Shown: positions 15,574-24,185 of the stretch, piece by piece
Layout of the letters: the number at the start of each line of letters is the position of its first letter
Numbering within the stretch: the stretch's first letter is position 1
IMG/VR virus record: IMGVR_UViG_3300032135_000012
Span: 1-50,346 of that record
Length of the DNA: 50,346 bases
Origin: a virus
Taxonomy: Duplodnaviria; Caudoviricetes
Direction: 5' to 3' (one strand)
Program-made: the position numbers and the translations under genes
The notes under the pieces: generated by a model
Told to the model about the DNA's origin: nothing
The model's input: the letters and a program-made list of their open reading frames with translations, nothing else
Databases searched by the model: none

Positions 15574-17958
15574 ATCAGCGCATTTGAAGAGTCCGCACTG
15601 GACTACCTCTCACTAGGGTTTGAGCCAATTCCGGTACTCACAAAGACAGGAATACCCAAAGGTGCAACGGGACGTGAAGGCACCGTCACCGCTGACAAGA
15701 TCGCACACTGGCTGGAAGATGAACGCTACGCAGACGCAAACGTAGCCCTCCGCGCAAATGGTTGGATTTCCATTGACGTAGACCACTACGAAGACAAAAA
15801 GGGTGCCGAAGACTTGGCGGAGTGGGAAGCCAAGCATGGCGTACTGCCAGTCACCATAAGCTCCACCGCGCGCGGCCAAGAGTCACCGTCACGCCAACAC
15901 TTCTTCATCGTCCCTGAAGGGTATGAGGCAATCAGTCGCCTCTCTAAAAATGTAGAGATTGTTCAACGCTCGCACCGCTACGCCGTAGTTGCCCCATCGT
16001 TCCACCCTCGCACGGGTTCCCAGTATGAATGGTTTGATACTGAAGGTGAACCGATGTGGGGTACGCCATCCAAGGATGACTTCGAGATGCTCCCAGAAGC
16101 ATGGATCGAAGCACTCCGCAAAACAGATGAGATCGACCACGAAGGTTTCGGTGGCGACATCGGAGACTGGCTCTCAACACTGCCCACTGGCGACCCTACC
16201 GAGGCTGTGCGTGCAGCAATTGAGCGTATGCCGCGTGAGAAGTTCAACCACGATGATGTTCTGCGAACCACGTATCATATTGTGCGTTTGGGCGCTGAGG
16301 GTCACACTGGTATTGAGTGGGCCTTGAAGACCATTGAGGCGACATGGGTGAAGCCGCCATACAATTCTTCCGAATACCGTAAAGAACTTGATGACGCAAT
16401 AGCTGGGGCTGTACGCCGTGCCGGTGGGCACGCATGGCCTGATGAACTCCCCAAGTCTCAGATGACAGACATTATCGAACGTATTGATGGTGTGGAAGAT
16501 TATTTCTGGGGTGATAAGGAAGTTTCAGACTCTAACCGTCGCGCTCTCATTCAGAAGATGTATAACGCTGGGGCTGACCGGCAAGAGATTATGTCATTCG
16601 TGTGGCACTCGCAACAGAACGTTGCAGAGCATGTTGCTGACGTGTGGAATGAAGTTGTAGCTTACGAACCGCTCGAAGAATCAACAACCACGGCCGGGGT
16701 GGAACACTCACTATTGACCGACGCTGAGCGTGAGCGTCTACGCTTCATGCCCAACTTTATTGACAAGTACCAGTACGTTGCAGGGTTGCGTGAAGAAACA
16801 CCCAATCTGCCCTACCACCGCGCAAACGCATGGACGCTCCTATCGCTCGTGTTTGGCAACATCGGTGTTGTTCCCAAGAGGGGGACGCCCGGAGGTTTGG
16901 GGCTGAACCTGTACGTCATGCCAATGGGTCAAACAACGTCCGGTAAAGGTGAAGGCAAGAATCAACTCCTGTCTGCGTTGCGATTCGTTCTAGGATCAAT
17001 CTTTGATGGTGTTGACATTGGTGGCGACCCTTCGCCGGAGGCAATGCACAAGAAGATGATTGAGCGTGACGGTGAGGTAACATTCTTCAACCTTGACGAG
17101 GGCGATCAACTGTTTGATCGCATGTCTCAAAAGGGTGGCTATTCTTCAGGGTTGCAACAAAAGATTACCGACTGGTACGAAGGTCGCATCTCTGGCCGTC
17201 TAAGGATCGGTGACGAGGATGGTGGCAAGTCTGCCAAGGGTTACCTTGTTGTGTGGCTGATGGGTGTTCCCGAGAAGATTATGGGTTCCCTTACTCGCAG
17301 TCAGGTTGAGGATGGTTTCATTGCACGCTTCATTCCCTACTTCGGGAACCCGCGTAACATTACCGCACAGTCCTTGGAGACTGCCGAGCAGGATGATGAT
17401 GAGATTTCGTTAGGTTATGACCCTTACGTGAAGGCGATGTCATCCGAGTTGCAGCATCACGTGACTACGTTGCGTTTGTCACGTTTCGATATGCAACCGC
17501 ATCCGATACGTCAAACGCCGGAAGCGCGGGATCGCCTGTCCAAGGCTCGCCGTGATCTGTTTGTTCCGTATGCTGGGCACGCTCTTGCACAAAGCATGAT
17601 TGAGCCGTCAATGTTGCGTATGGGTATTAGTATGTGGAAGTGTGCTGCGTTGATTGCGATGTCGCGTGGGTCAAAACTTATTGAGGTTGATGATGTTTTG
17701 GTTGCTGTTCGTGCGGCCGAGGAGTGGGTTCCTAACCTCATAAAGCTGATGGAGGGTGTTGCGTCGAACGACTGGACTGCACAACTCGATAAGGTGTTGC
17801 AGTTTGTTCAGAAGCGTGAAAGTGTGAGTAAGGCTGAAACGTACCGTCACTTCAAGGACATGGGGTTCCAGTTGGATAATGTTACGAAGTCGCTGATGCA
17901 GCAGAAACTTATTAAAGAGAACAACAAGGATGGGAAATGGGAGGCAATCAATGGATAA
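15574..17958 (+). CDS. Bifunctional primase-polymerase (Prim-Pol) fused to P-loop helicase; probable ATC start
   Basis: Frame is open from 15562: SAFEESALDYLSLGFEPIPV...NVALRANGWISIDVD (AEP DxD), HFF, YAVVAPSFHPRTG; C-terminal GQTTSGKG Walker A and LDE Walker B; GGGAGG 5 nt before ATC 15574. Confidence 0.88.
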   Translation: MSAFEESALDYLSLGFEPIPVLTKTGIPKGATGREGTVTADKIAHWLEDERYADANVALRANGWISIDVDHYEDKKGAEDLAEWEAKHGVLPVTISSTARGQESPSRQHFFIVPEGYEAISRLSKNVEIVQRSHRYAVVAPSFHPRTGSQYEWFDTEGEPMWGTPSKDDFEMLPEAWIEALRKTDEIDHEGFGGDIGDWLSTLPTGDPTEAVRAAIERMPREKFNHDDVLRTTYHIVRLGAEGHTGIEWALKTIEATWVKPPYNSSEYRKELDDAIAGAVRRAGGHAWPDELPKSQMTDIIERIDGVEDYFWGDKEVSDSNRRALIQKMYNAGADRQEIMSFVWHSQQNVAEHVADVWNEVVAYEPLEESTTTAGVEHSLLTDAERERLRFMPNFIDKYQYVAGLREETPNLPYHRANAWTLLSLVFGNIGVVPKRGTPGGLGLNLYVMPMGQTTSGKGEGKNQLLSALRFVLGSIFDGVDIGGDPSPEAMHKKMIERDGEVTFFNLDEGDQLFDRMSQKGGYSSGLQQKITDWYEGRISGRLRIGDEDGGKSAKGYLVVWLMGVPEKIMGSLTRSQVEDGFIARFIPYFGNPRNITAQSLETAEQDDDEISLGYDPYVKAMSSELQHHVTTLRLSRFDMQPHPIRQTPEARDRLSKARRDLFVPYAGHALAQSMIEPSMLRMGISMWKCAALIAMSRGSKLIEVDDVLVAVRAAEEWVPNLIKLMEGVASNDWTAQLDKVLQFVQKRESVSKAETYRHFKDMGFQLDNVTKSLMQQKLIKENNKDGKWEAING

Positions 17959-18133
17959 TGCAAAACCGTGGACAATCAAGAAGGTTCAGACACGAAATCC
18001 TGACACTCGCCAGTTGACCCACCACAAGTCGTGGGAGTTGCGCTTCAACGGGAAGCGCATGGCCGGATACCGAAGCTGGGATATGTGCATCCGGCACGTT
18101 CAGACTTACTACGACAAGTTTGGGCACCGCTGA
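17951..18133 (+). CDS. Hypothetical protein
   Basis: GGGAGG SD. Confidence 0.7.
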   Translation: MDNAKPWTIKKVQTRNPDTRQLTHHKSWELRFNGKRMAGYRSWDMCIRHVQTYYDKFGHR

Positions 18134-18486
18134 TGGATGACATACGACCGCTCTACCTGTACTCCCCTGAAGGCACAATGCCAGAACGGTTCCTGCAAGC
18201 CATACGAGCCACTAAAGAACGTGCCGGGTTGCTTTATAAGGTAAAGCCCGTAAAAGCTGTCCACGGCCAGCCCGGTCGCGTCCTGTGCCATAAAGAGAAC
18301 CCACCGTTCCTCTGCGAATCAGTAATCGCAGAATCCCCCGCCGACATGACCCAAAAACTACTCTGGGCACTGGGCGAAACGGAACACCCGCACAGTGGGT
18401 TCACCGAGAAGCTATCAGAATGGTTCGGTGCCGAAGTGACCGAGCTTGAGCCTGAGGAGACAGTATCGAGTGTGCGCTTTGAGTGA
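18133..18486 (+). CDS. Hypothetical protein
   Basis: TGATG overlap. Confidence 0.7.
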   Translation: MDDIRPLYLYSPEGTMPERFLQAIRATKERAGLLYKVKPVKAVHGQPGRVLCHKENPPFLCESVIAESPADMTQKLLWALGETEHPHSGFTEKLSEWFGAEVTELEPEETVSSVRFE

Positions 18487-18892
18487 AATAATTTGGGCAG
18501 ACTGGGTGGAAGAAAAAGACATGCCAGCCAAAGCCAAGAAGCTGCACCAAAGATGTGTTGCCGCTGGGTGGATGACATCAATACGCCAATCGGAAGTACG
18601 ATCCCAGCCAGAGCCAAACAAGACAGGCCCGAACGCTGGAGCGAAGAAGCCTGAGAAGGTTTCCAAGTTCACTTTCCTTGTGTGCTGGACCGACGGAGTA
18701 TGGTTTCAAGCGGTATGGAATGGCGGATCATTCGTTGACGCACTCACCTACGACCCCGTTGGGATCGTATGGGAAGACGATGATGGCAAAACAAACTTCA
18801 TGCCCGGACGTAGATTCATGGACAAATATGGTGCGTTCCAAGACTGGTTCGACATTGTTGTGAAAGATGAGGAGGTACTTTTTGAAGATTAG
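18479..18892 (+). CDS. Hypothetical protein
   Basis: Operon packing; start uncertain. Confidence 0.65.
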   Translation: MSEIIWADWVEEKDMPAKAKKLHQRCVAAGWMTSIRQSEVRSQPEPNKTGPNAGAKKPEKVSKFTFLVCWTDGVWFQAVWNGGSFVDALTYDPVGIVWEDDDGKTNFMPGRRFMDKYGAFQDWFDIVVKDEEVLFED

Positions 18893-19040
18893 CGAAACAC
18901 TACCGAACGGTGCCAACATAGAAATCCACGCACTCTGGGGGGCAGGCCGAGTACTGGACAGGTGGAGGAAGGTGCACCTTCCAAATGTGGAGAAAATGGA
19001 AGGTGCAAGTAGCAGGGTCGGGTTTACCCCAAATGGGTAG
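18882..19040 (+). CDS. Small hypothetical protein (MKISETLPNG...)
   Basis: GAGGAGG SD before TTG; translated by hand. Confidence 0.6.
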   Translation: MKISETLPNGANIEIHALWGAGRVLDRWRKVHLPNVEKMEGASSRVGFTPNG

Positions 19041-19563
19041 CCGCCTCATCACGGCCATTGACCCCGGAGTGTCAACCGGCATGGTAGTGGCTGAGTTTTG
19101 GCTCGACAAGCCGCTGCATATCCTTGAGCGTCGGCAGTTCATTGGGCACCCCGATTACGCTGAACTGAAGAAGATAGGCGGACTGTTGGTGTGCGAACGT
19201 TTCGTGCCGCTAAGCAACGAGGGGTTCTCGCACACGGCCGAAACAATCGAGCCAGTACGGATAGAAGCTGCACTCATGCAGCACGGACTCATGCCAACCG
19301 ACTACACAGACAAGCGCTGGCAACGAGCCGCCTGCCAACTCATCGTAGGCAAACGCGGCTACCCAACACGTAAGCAAGCCAACGATGCCTTCCTGCGCGA
19401 GCAAGGCTTATGGAGCACCGGCAAGACTGTAGGGCAGCCGGATGCGAATGACGCAAACTCGGCAATGAAGCACCTTGTGTACTACGTCAAGAACACGCTC
19501 GTTCATCACCCTACGATTCAAGCGTATTGGCCCAAGACACAACAAAACCCCCGGCTGCCGTAG
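19033..19563 (+). CDS. RuvC-like Holliday junction resolvase
   Basis: ITAIDPGVSTG, VCERF and DANDA acidic motifs. Confidence 0.8.
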   Translation: MGSRLITAIDPGVSTGMVVAEFWLDKPLHILERRQFIGHPDYAELKKIGGLLVCERFVPLSNEGFSHTAETIEPVRIEAALMQHGLMPTDYTDKRWQRAACQLIVGKRGYPTRKQANDAFLREQGLWSTGKTVGQPDANDANSAMKHLVYYVKNTLVHHPTIQAYWPKTQQNPRLP

Positions 19564-19582
19564 CAATTCAAACCGGGGGTTC
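19545..19582. terminator. Hairpin at the convergence of the two arms
   Basis: AACCCCCGG/CCGGGGGTT; A-tract on the left gives a U-tract on the minus strand. Confidence 0.65.
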
Positions 19583-19691
19583 TGCGCACCCCTTTCTCTA
19601 GTTGCTACCCGTCATTGGCAACTTTCGCAATTTAAGGCATCCATTGGATCTGAGGGAATCTCATAACCGGATACTACATCGTTCTCACCGC

Positions 19692-19886
19692 TCAAAGCGT
19701 TTCAGCCTTAGCACTCTTGTTGGCAATAGCGCCAACGGCAAGTGAGGTTCCGAGTGCAGCGATGGCGATGCCAACCCATTCTTGTGCGGAGATGGCACCA
19801 TCGGCAAGCGCGGCAGCAAGCGCCACCAGCGCGGGGACAAGGAAAGCTGCAATAGCCTTCCGGTATTCGTTGATCTTGTTAACCAT
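19692..19886 (-). CDS. Holin (2 TM)
   Basis: YRKAIAA...DGAISAQEW actinophage holin pattern; lysis cluster. Confidence 0.8.
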   Translation of the reverse strand: MVNKINEYRKAIAAFLVPALVALAAALADGAISAQEWVGIAIAALGTSLAVGAIANKSAKAETL

Positions 19887-19921
19887 AGACAAATCCTCTT
19901 TCTGTTTGCTTGTTCCCCACG

Positions 19922-20284
19922 TTAGTCACGCGGGGGTGGTTCAATTGTATGCTCATCCAGTAGCGCAATCAACCTTCTGGTGTAGTTCTCTCCAGCCATA
20001 AGTTGCCTCTGGATTCCAGTCATCTCGGATTTTAGACTTCCGACTTGCTCCATTAGAGTTTCGACCTGCTTGCCTTGCTTGTTGATCATAACATCCTGTG
20101 CCGCAAAGATGGCATTGAATCTTGCCGTACTGTTCTCTTCCCGCTTCAGTTCGTCGCCTTTCACTCCGCGTTTGGATGCGAACATTCCGGCAATCAGTTG
20201 GGCACCAGCGGCACCGGTTACTAACGATATTAGGGCGGTTATTGCGAAGCTGACTAGCGGCGCAAGGTCAAACGATTCTGTCAT
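19922..20284 (-). CDS. Lysis-cassette membrane protein (TM plus coiled coil)
   Basis: N-terminal TM, coiled coil, C-terminal EPPP. Confidence 0.75.
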   Translation of the reverse strand: MTESFDLAPLVSFAITALISLVTGAAGAQLIAGMFASKRGVKGDELKREENSTARFNAIFAAQDVMINKQGKQVETLMEQVGSLKSEMTGIQRQLMAGENYTRRLIALLDEHTIEPPPRD

Positions 20285-20732
20285 TTTTGCGTCCTGACGC
20301 TTCCCTCGCATAGTGTTCCATGACCCCAGCCAAGTATAATGCCTTCCATGCCATGAAGACACAGGCCAGTGTAGATACTAGGGCGGGGCCGTAGGTTGAT
20401 GCGATGTCGATTACGGCGTAAGGCGAAGTAACGCCGATGCCTTTAGATGTTTGGTCTGTGAATAGAACCCATAAGGCGATTGCGTACAGACCATAAGCGC
20501 CAGCTAGGGGCCAGAGCACGACACCCTCAATTTTGAAATTAGGTTTCGTCGTTGCATACAGCCCAACAATTCCTCCTAGGAGGAAAGATGTGCCGTAGAA
20601 GTAAACAATGCCGATACCGATAACGTCCTGCACAAGGATTGATGGCGCAAGCAGTGTCAGAACGCCATGCACAATCGTCAGTCCATAAGCTATGGACATC
20701 AGTGTTGGGGAGCGGGTTCTGTCTATTGGCAT
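20268..20732 (-). CDS. Four-TM lysis-cassette membrane protein
   Basis: Four hydrophobic segments; follows the endolysin. Confidence 0.8.
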   Translation of the reverse strand: MPIDRTRSPTLMSIAYGLTIVHGVLTLLAPSILVQDVIGIGIVYFYGTSFLLGGIVGLYATTKPNFKIEGVVLWPLAGAYGLYAIALWVLFTDQTSKGIGVTSPYAVIDIASTYGPALVSTLACVFMAWKALYLAGVMEHYAREASGRKNDRIV

Positions 20733-20733
20733 G

Positions 20734-21651
20734 TTACTGGACTGAGAATGTTCCCGTTTTAGGAAGAAGCTTTGCGGTAGCAGCAGGGATGGCGGTTACG
20801 GCATCAAGTACCGGCTTTAGGTCTGCGGTGACGCTTACAGCTCCGCCCAGCCCCGCAATGCGAGCCTCGCGTGCCCACGCTGCATCGGACGCAATCTTGG
20901 CAACCTTGATGAACGCATCCCAGCGCGCAACGTCCGTACCAGCATCGAATGAATTGCCGGATAATGGCGCAAAACCACTAGCAATCTTTATGTCGTTGGT
21001 GACCAGAACGCCGTCAGGGAAATCGAGCGGGTGGGATAGCGCCCAGCGTGGCTTCTTGGTTACGGGGTCGATCCCCGAGATATAGCGGTAATCAGTCATT
21101 TCTTCTTCCTTTGGTTCAGGTTCAATAATTTCTTGGGTGTCGTCTCCAGCAAGTTTTGTTGTTGCGGCAATGGAAACGATCTTCATAACCGTTTCGGGTC
21201 CGGGACAGAATGTTGCGTAGCTCGCCCCGTAGGTGTTCCATAGGTCGCGGTGACCGAGAACATGCTTGATAGTGTACCGCTGCCGCAAATCAACGAGTAG
21301 CCGTGCAGCAGCGTCGAGAGCCTTAGTCGAGATAGGCCACTCCCCACCTGCCGACTGATTCTCAATCTCAACAGTGACCGCACGGTGATCCCACGCAGCA
21401 CCCTTACCACCGTCATAGGCGGAACCGGAAGTCCATGCACGCCGCTCCTCGGGAACAACACACGTGATGCGTCCCTCGTTGCTTATGGTGTAGTTTGCCG
21501 ACACGCCCCTGCTGCCGCTCACCATTGCAGCAATCACAGCATCATCATTTGTCCCTGCTTGGTGATGAATGAGGAACGTGTCAATAGTGTCGTTGCGCGG
21601 AGACGACTGATTGGAGATTCTGACCTGATTGGTTTGCTTGCTGTAAACCAT
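20734..21651 (-). CDS. Endolysin, N-acetylmuramoyl-L-alanine amidase (Amidase_2)
   Basis: LIHHQAG, SANY, RAWTSG, VEIEN, GHRD and TFCPG Zn-amidase motifs. Confidence 0.92.
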   Translation of the reverse strand: MVYSKQTNQVRISNQSSPRNDTIDTFLIHHQAGTNDDAVIAAMVSGSRGVSANYTISNEGRITCVVPEERRAWTSGSAYDGGKGAAWDHRAVTVEIENQSAGGEWPISTKALDAAARLLVDLRQRYTIKHVLGHRDLWNTYGASYATFCPGPETVMKIVSIAATTKLAGDDTQEIIEPEPKEEEMTDYRYISGIDPVTKKPRWALSHPLDFPDGVLVTNDIKIASGFAPLSGNSFDAGTDVARWDAFIKVAKIASDAAWAREARIAGLGGAVSVTADLKPVLDAVTAIPAATAKLLPKTGTFSVQ

Positions 21652-22253
21652 TACGCCGTTACTCCGTCCGCCGCCCACGAGAGGTAGTAATCGTATGAAG
21701 CAGAAAGGTTTGCAGAGTCTGTGCGCGTCATGTCAGCAGTGAACCCAGTCGCAGAGGTTGCCGAAATGGACACCATCACAGCGGCGGAAACGGAGATAAG
21801 ACCTGAAGCGTTAAATGCTCCCACAGCGCGTCCGCCAAAGGCCGAGGCGGTAACCACGGGGATTGTTGAATATGCGACAGGGAAAGTTACCGTTTTGGTG
21901 ATCTTTGTCGCAGCGGCCCCCGTGATCTTCTCAATACCCCGCTGTGGGGTAGAAACAATGACACTCGAAACCGTCCCCATCTTTAGCTGAACGGTGGAAC
22001 CAGTATAATCCCATGCCGTCCCGTTGTAGTTCCAGTACGTGTCAGTATCGGACTGGTATCCGCTATCCCCGGCTGCCATGCCAGTCTGGGCACCACGAGC
22101 CGTGGCGTTTGCCCACTTGTAGCTGTGAGCTTGACGCACGTCTAAGGCATCTTGAACGCTCCCGGCCATAACCGAAAAGACGGTTTCAAGGGGTGCAATG
22201 TTGTCTGTGGAGACTGGGTAGACAATGTTATCTGGGCTAGTGTTTGCTGACAT
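21651..22253 (-). CDS. Minor tail protein
   Basis: TSPDNIVYP N-terminus; VTFPVAYSTIPVVT (H-type-lectin-like) C-terminus. Confidence 0.8.
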   Translation of the reverse strand: MSANTSPDNIVYPVSTDNIAPLETVFSVMAGSVQDALDVRQAHSYKWANATARGAQTGMAAGDSGYQSDTDTYWNYNGTAWDYTGSTVQLKMGTVSSVIVSTPQRGIEKITGAAATKITKTVTFPVAYSTIPVVTASAFGGRAVGAFNASGLISVSAAVMVSISATSATGFTADMTRTDSANLSASYDYYLSWAADGVTA

Positions 22254-22268
22254 TATTGAACCATTCTA

Positions 22269-22874
22269 TCAGATGGTAGGAAGTTGAACCGAGGAGGGCA
22301 GCGGCCGCGCCAAGATGGAGCCGCCAAAGAAGTATGTGAATTCTGAATCGGTGTTTAGCTCTAATGAGACTTGCAGTGTTGTTCCGGCTGGAACGTCAAT
22401 AACAACAGTTTTCCAACCACTCGGGGCGAACGATGCGCCACCGCTTACGGCAACCCTCTGGGCTGGGTTGGCTAGGATGGTTGCCCTGTCAACTACTACG
22501 GTTCCGGCTGGAACCACCGTAACGGAGTACGCAAAATACCCACTACCACCATTCAGGGAACCGCCAAAACCAATTTCCATACGGTTTGTGGGGGACTCTA
22601 TGAAGAAGCTTGCTGGGGATGAGCTATACCAGCCGGTGAAGCCGGTTATGCCGTAGGTGAATTCTGCACTTAGGGTGTTGGCGAGAGAGTTTAGTGTAGC
22701 TATCTGGGTTTGTTGCCGGTTGAAGTTGGCGGCCGTGTCCGAAGTCAGTCTGGTAACGCTGGCAATCAGACCGGAGACCCCACGGGAGAGGGCGCTGATT
22801 GATGAAGATACCCACCTGCCCCATGGTTGGGACTGGGGTTCAAGTTTTGGTTCTGGTGGTGTCTCTAATATCAT
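22269..22874 (-). CDS. Minor tail protein
   Basis: SQPWGRWV N-terminus, short coiled coil, beta-rich domain. Confidence 0.75.
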   Translation of the reverse strand: MILETPPEPKLEPQSQPWGRWVSSSISALSRGVSGLIASVTRLTSDTAANFNRQQTQIATLNSLANTLSAEFTYGITGFTGWYSSSPASFFIESPTNRMEIGFGGSLNGGSGYFAYSVTVVPAGTVVVDRATILANPAQRVAVSGGASFAPSGWKTVVIDVPAGTTLQVSLELNTDSEFTYFFGGSILARPLPSSVQLPTI

Positions 22875-23302
22875 GCTGTCCCCTGTTGGATGCTCGTGGA
22901 GTCGTTCTCTACGTCAGTCCATGCGAAGGTGAAGCCATCCTCGTCAAGACTATTGCCATCGAAGTAAGGCCCGGTGTAGTCGCCCTCCACAATGAGGAGG
23001 TTATCCCACCACCCCGGCCCAAACACTGCCGAAGTTGCGCCGGTAGCACGAATGGTTTCACCCGCTGCGGCCGAAGCTACTACAGCACCACCCACCGTAA
23101 GCTCCTGCCCGGAGTATCGAGCAACTGTAAGCACTGTGGAATAAGAGGCCAGTGTTGCCGTTGCTGTTTTCCCATCTGGCACGTAAAGCGAATTAGCTCC
23201 TGATGCCGCCCACTCCTGTGACTGGTAGCCGCCGCTTACCCCCCTCACGCCCATCGCGACAATATACAGCCCCGGATGGGTGGGGTCTTCGGTCATAAGC
23301 AT
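22871..23302 (-). CDS. Tail protein fragment (C-terminal half of a split module)
   Basis: GAGGA SD; starts EDPTHPGLY, ends YFDG...AWT...NDSTS. Confidence 0.6.
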   Translation of the reverse strand: MLMTEDPTHPGLYIVAMGVRGVSGGYQSQEWAASGANSLYVPDGKTATATLASYSTVLTVARYSGQELTVGGAVVASAAAGETIRATGATSAVFGPGWWDNLLIVEGDYTGPYFDGNSLDEDGFTFAWTDVENDSTSIQQGTA

Positions 23303-23372
23303 GTGGGTGATCCTCTCGAAACTTTACTAGGCGTGGGCTATGCGCTAGGCATATCCGGGACTTATGGGCGGG

Positions 23373-24185
23373 TTAGGGGACTTCCATGACGGCGTAGAAC
23401 CAGAAGTTGCCAGACGGGTATGCAACCGTGTCGATGGTCGAAGCATCCACCAGAAGTTGCATGCCTCCGCCACGGTGAAAATAAACCTGATGGTCGGCTG
23501 TGGGTGTGCCGGTGACTACGGCTCCGGCTGCGTCGTAGAAATAGAGTTCAGTGCTGCTGGGCGACGAGCTTCCAACCTTCACACTGTAGGGACCAGCGCG
23601 GGCCACTGCCTGAATGTCGGCGGGGGCACCAGACGGGACAGTATTGTGGTTGACGACGAGTTTCCCGGTGGATGTGGAGTGGGCGAAAGTGCTAGAAATT
23701 GTGCTCGGGGTAGACCGTTTCCACGTTGCAGTCCCGGTATCGTAATAGATATAGGCGGCCTGTGCGGGGGTGTCTTGATAGATTTTGAGGGTTGTCTCGG
23801 CTACCCCAACTGATGCTCCAGCCGTGAAGCCGTTCAGGGCCAAGGTTTCGTCTGGCCAGCACGACGCGAAGACAACGAAATTGGCACCGAGACTCGCGTA
23901 GTTCACGACGAGGTGGCCGGAGCCATTGACGCTCACTGAGTCAATGCCGACAGGGCTGTGTCCAGCGTCGTCAATTGCGAACCATCCGGCCCCATCGTTA
24001 CGGAGTGGGCCAGAGATGATCCGATAATTCTTACCATCTGCCCCACGCAGAATGCCGCCACCTATGCTTGTGGCTACTGCGGCCCCTTCTACGGTTGCCG
24101 GGTCACCCAGATTGGTTGCAATCTTTGCTCGCACATCCACCGGGAGATTCAGGTTTACGTCGATTTCAGCAATTTGGATTGTCAT
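23373..24185 (-). CDS. Putative receptor-binding/tail fibre protein
   Basis: Beta-rich; ATGA overlap; tail region. Confidence 0.7.
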   Translation of the reverse strand: MTIQIAEIDVNLNLPVDVRAKIATNLGDPATVEGAAVATSIGGGILRGADGKNYRIISGPLRNDGAGWFAIDDAGHSPVGIDSVSVNGSGHLVVNYASLGANFVVFASCWPDETLALNGFTAGASVGVAETTLKIYQDTPAQAAYIYYDTGTATWKRSTPSTISSTFAHSTSTGKLVVNHNTVPSGAPADIQAVARAGPYSVKVGSSSPSSTELYFYDAAGAVVTGTPTADHQVYFHRGGGMQLLVDASTIDTVAYPSGNFWFYAVMEVP

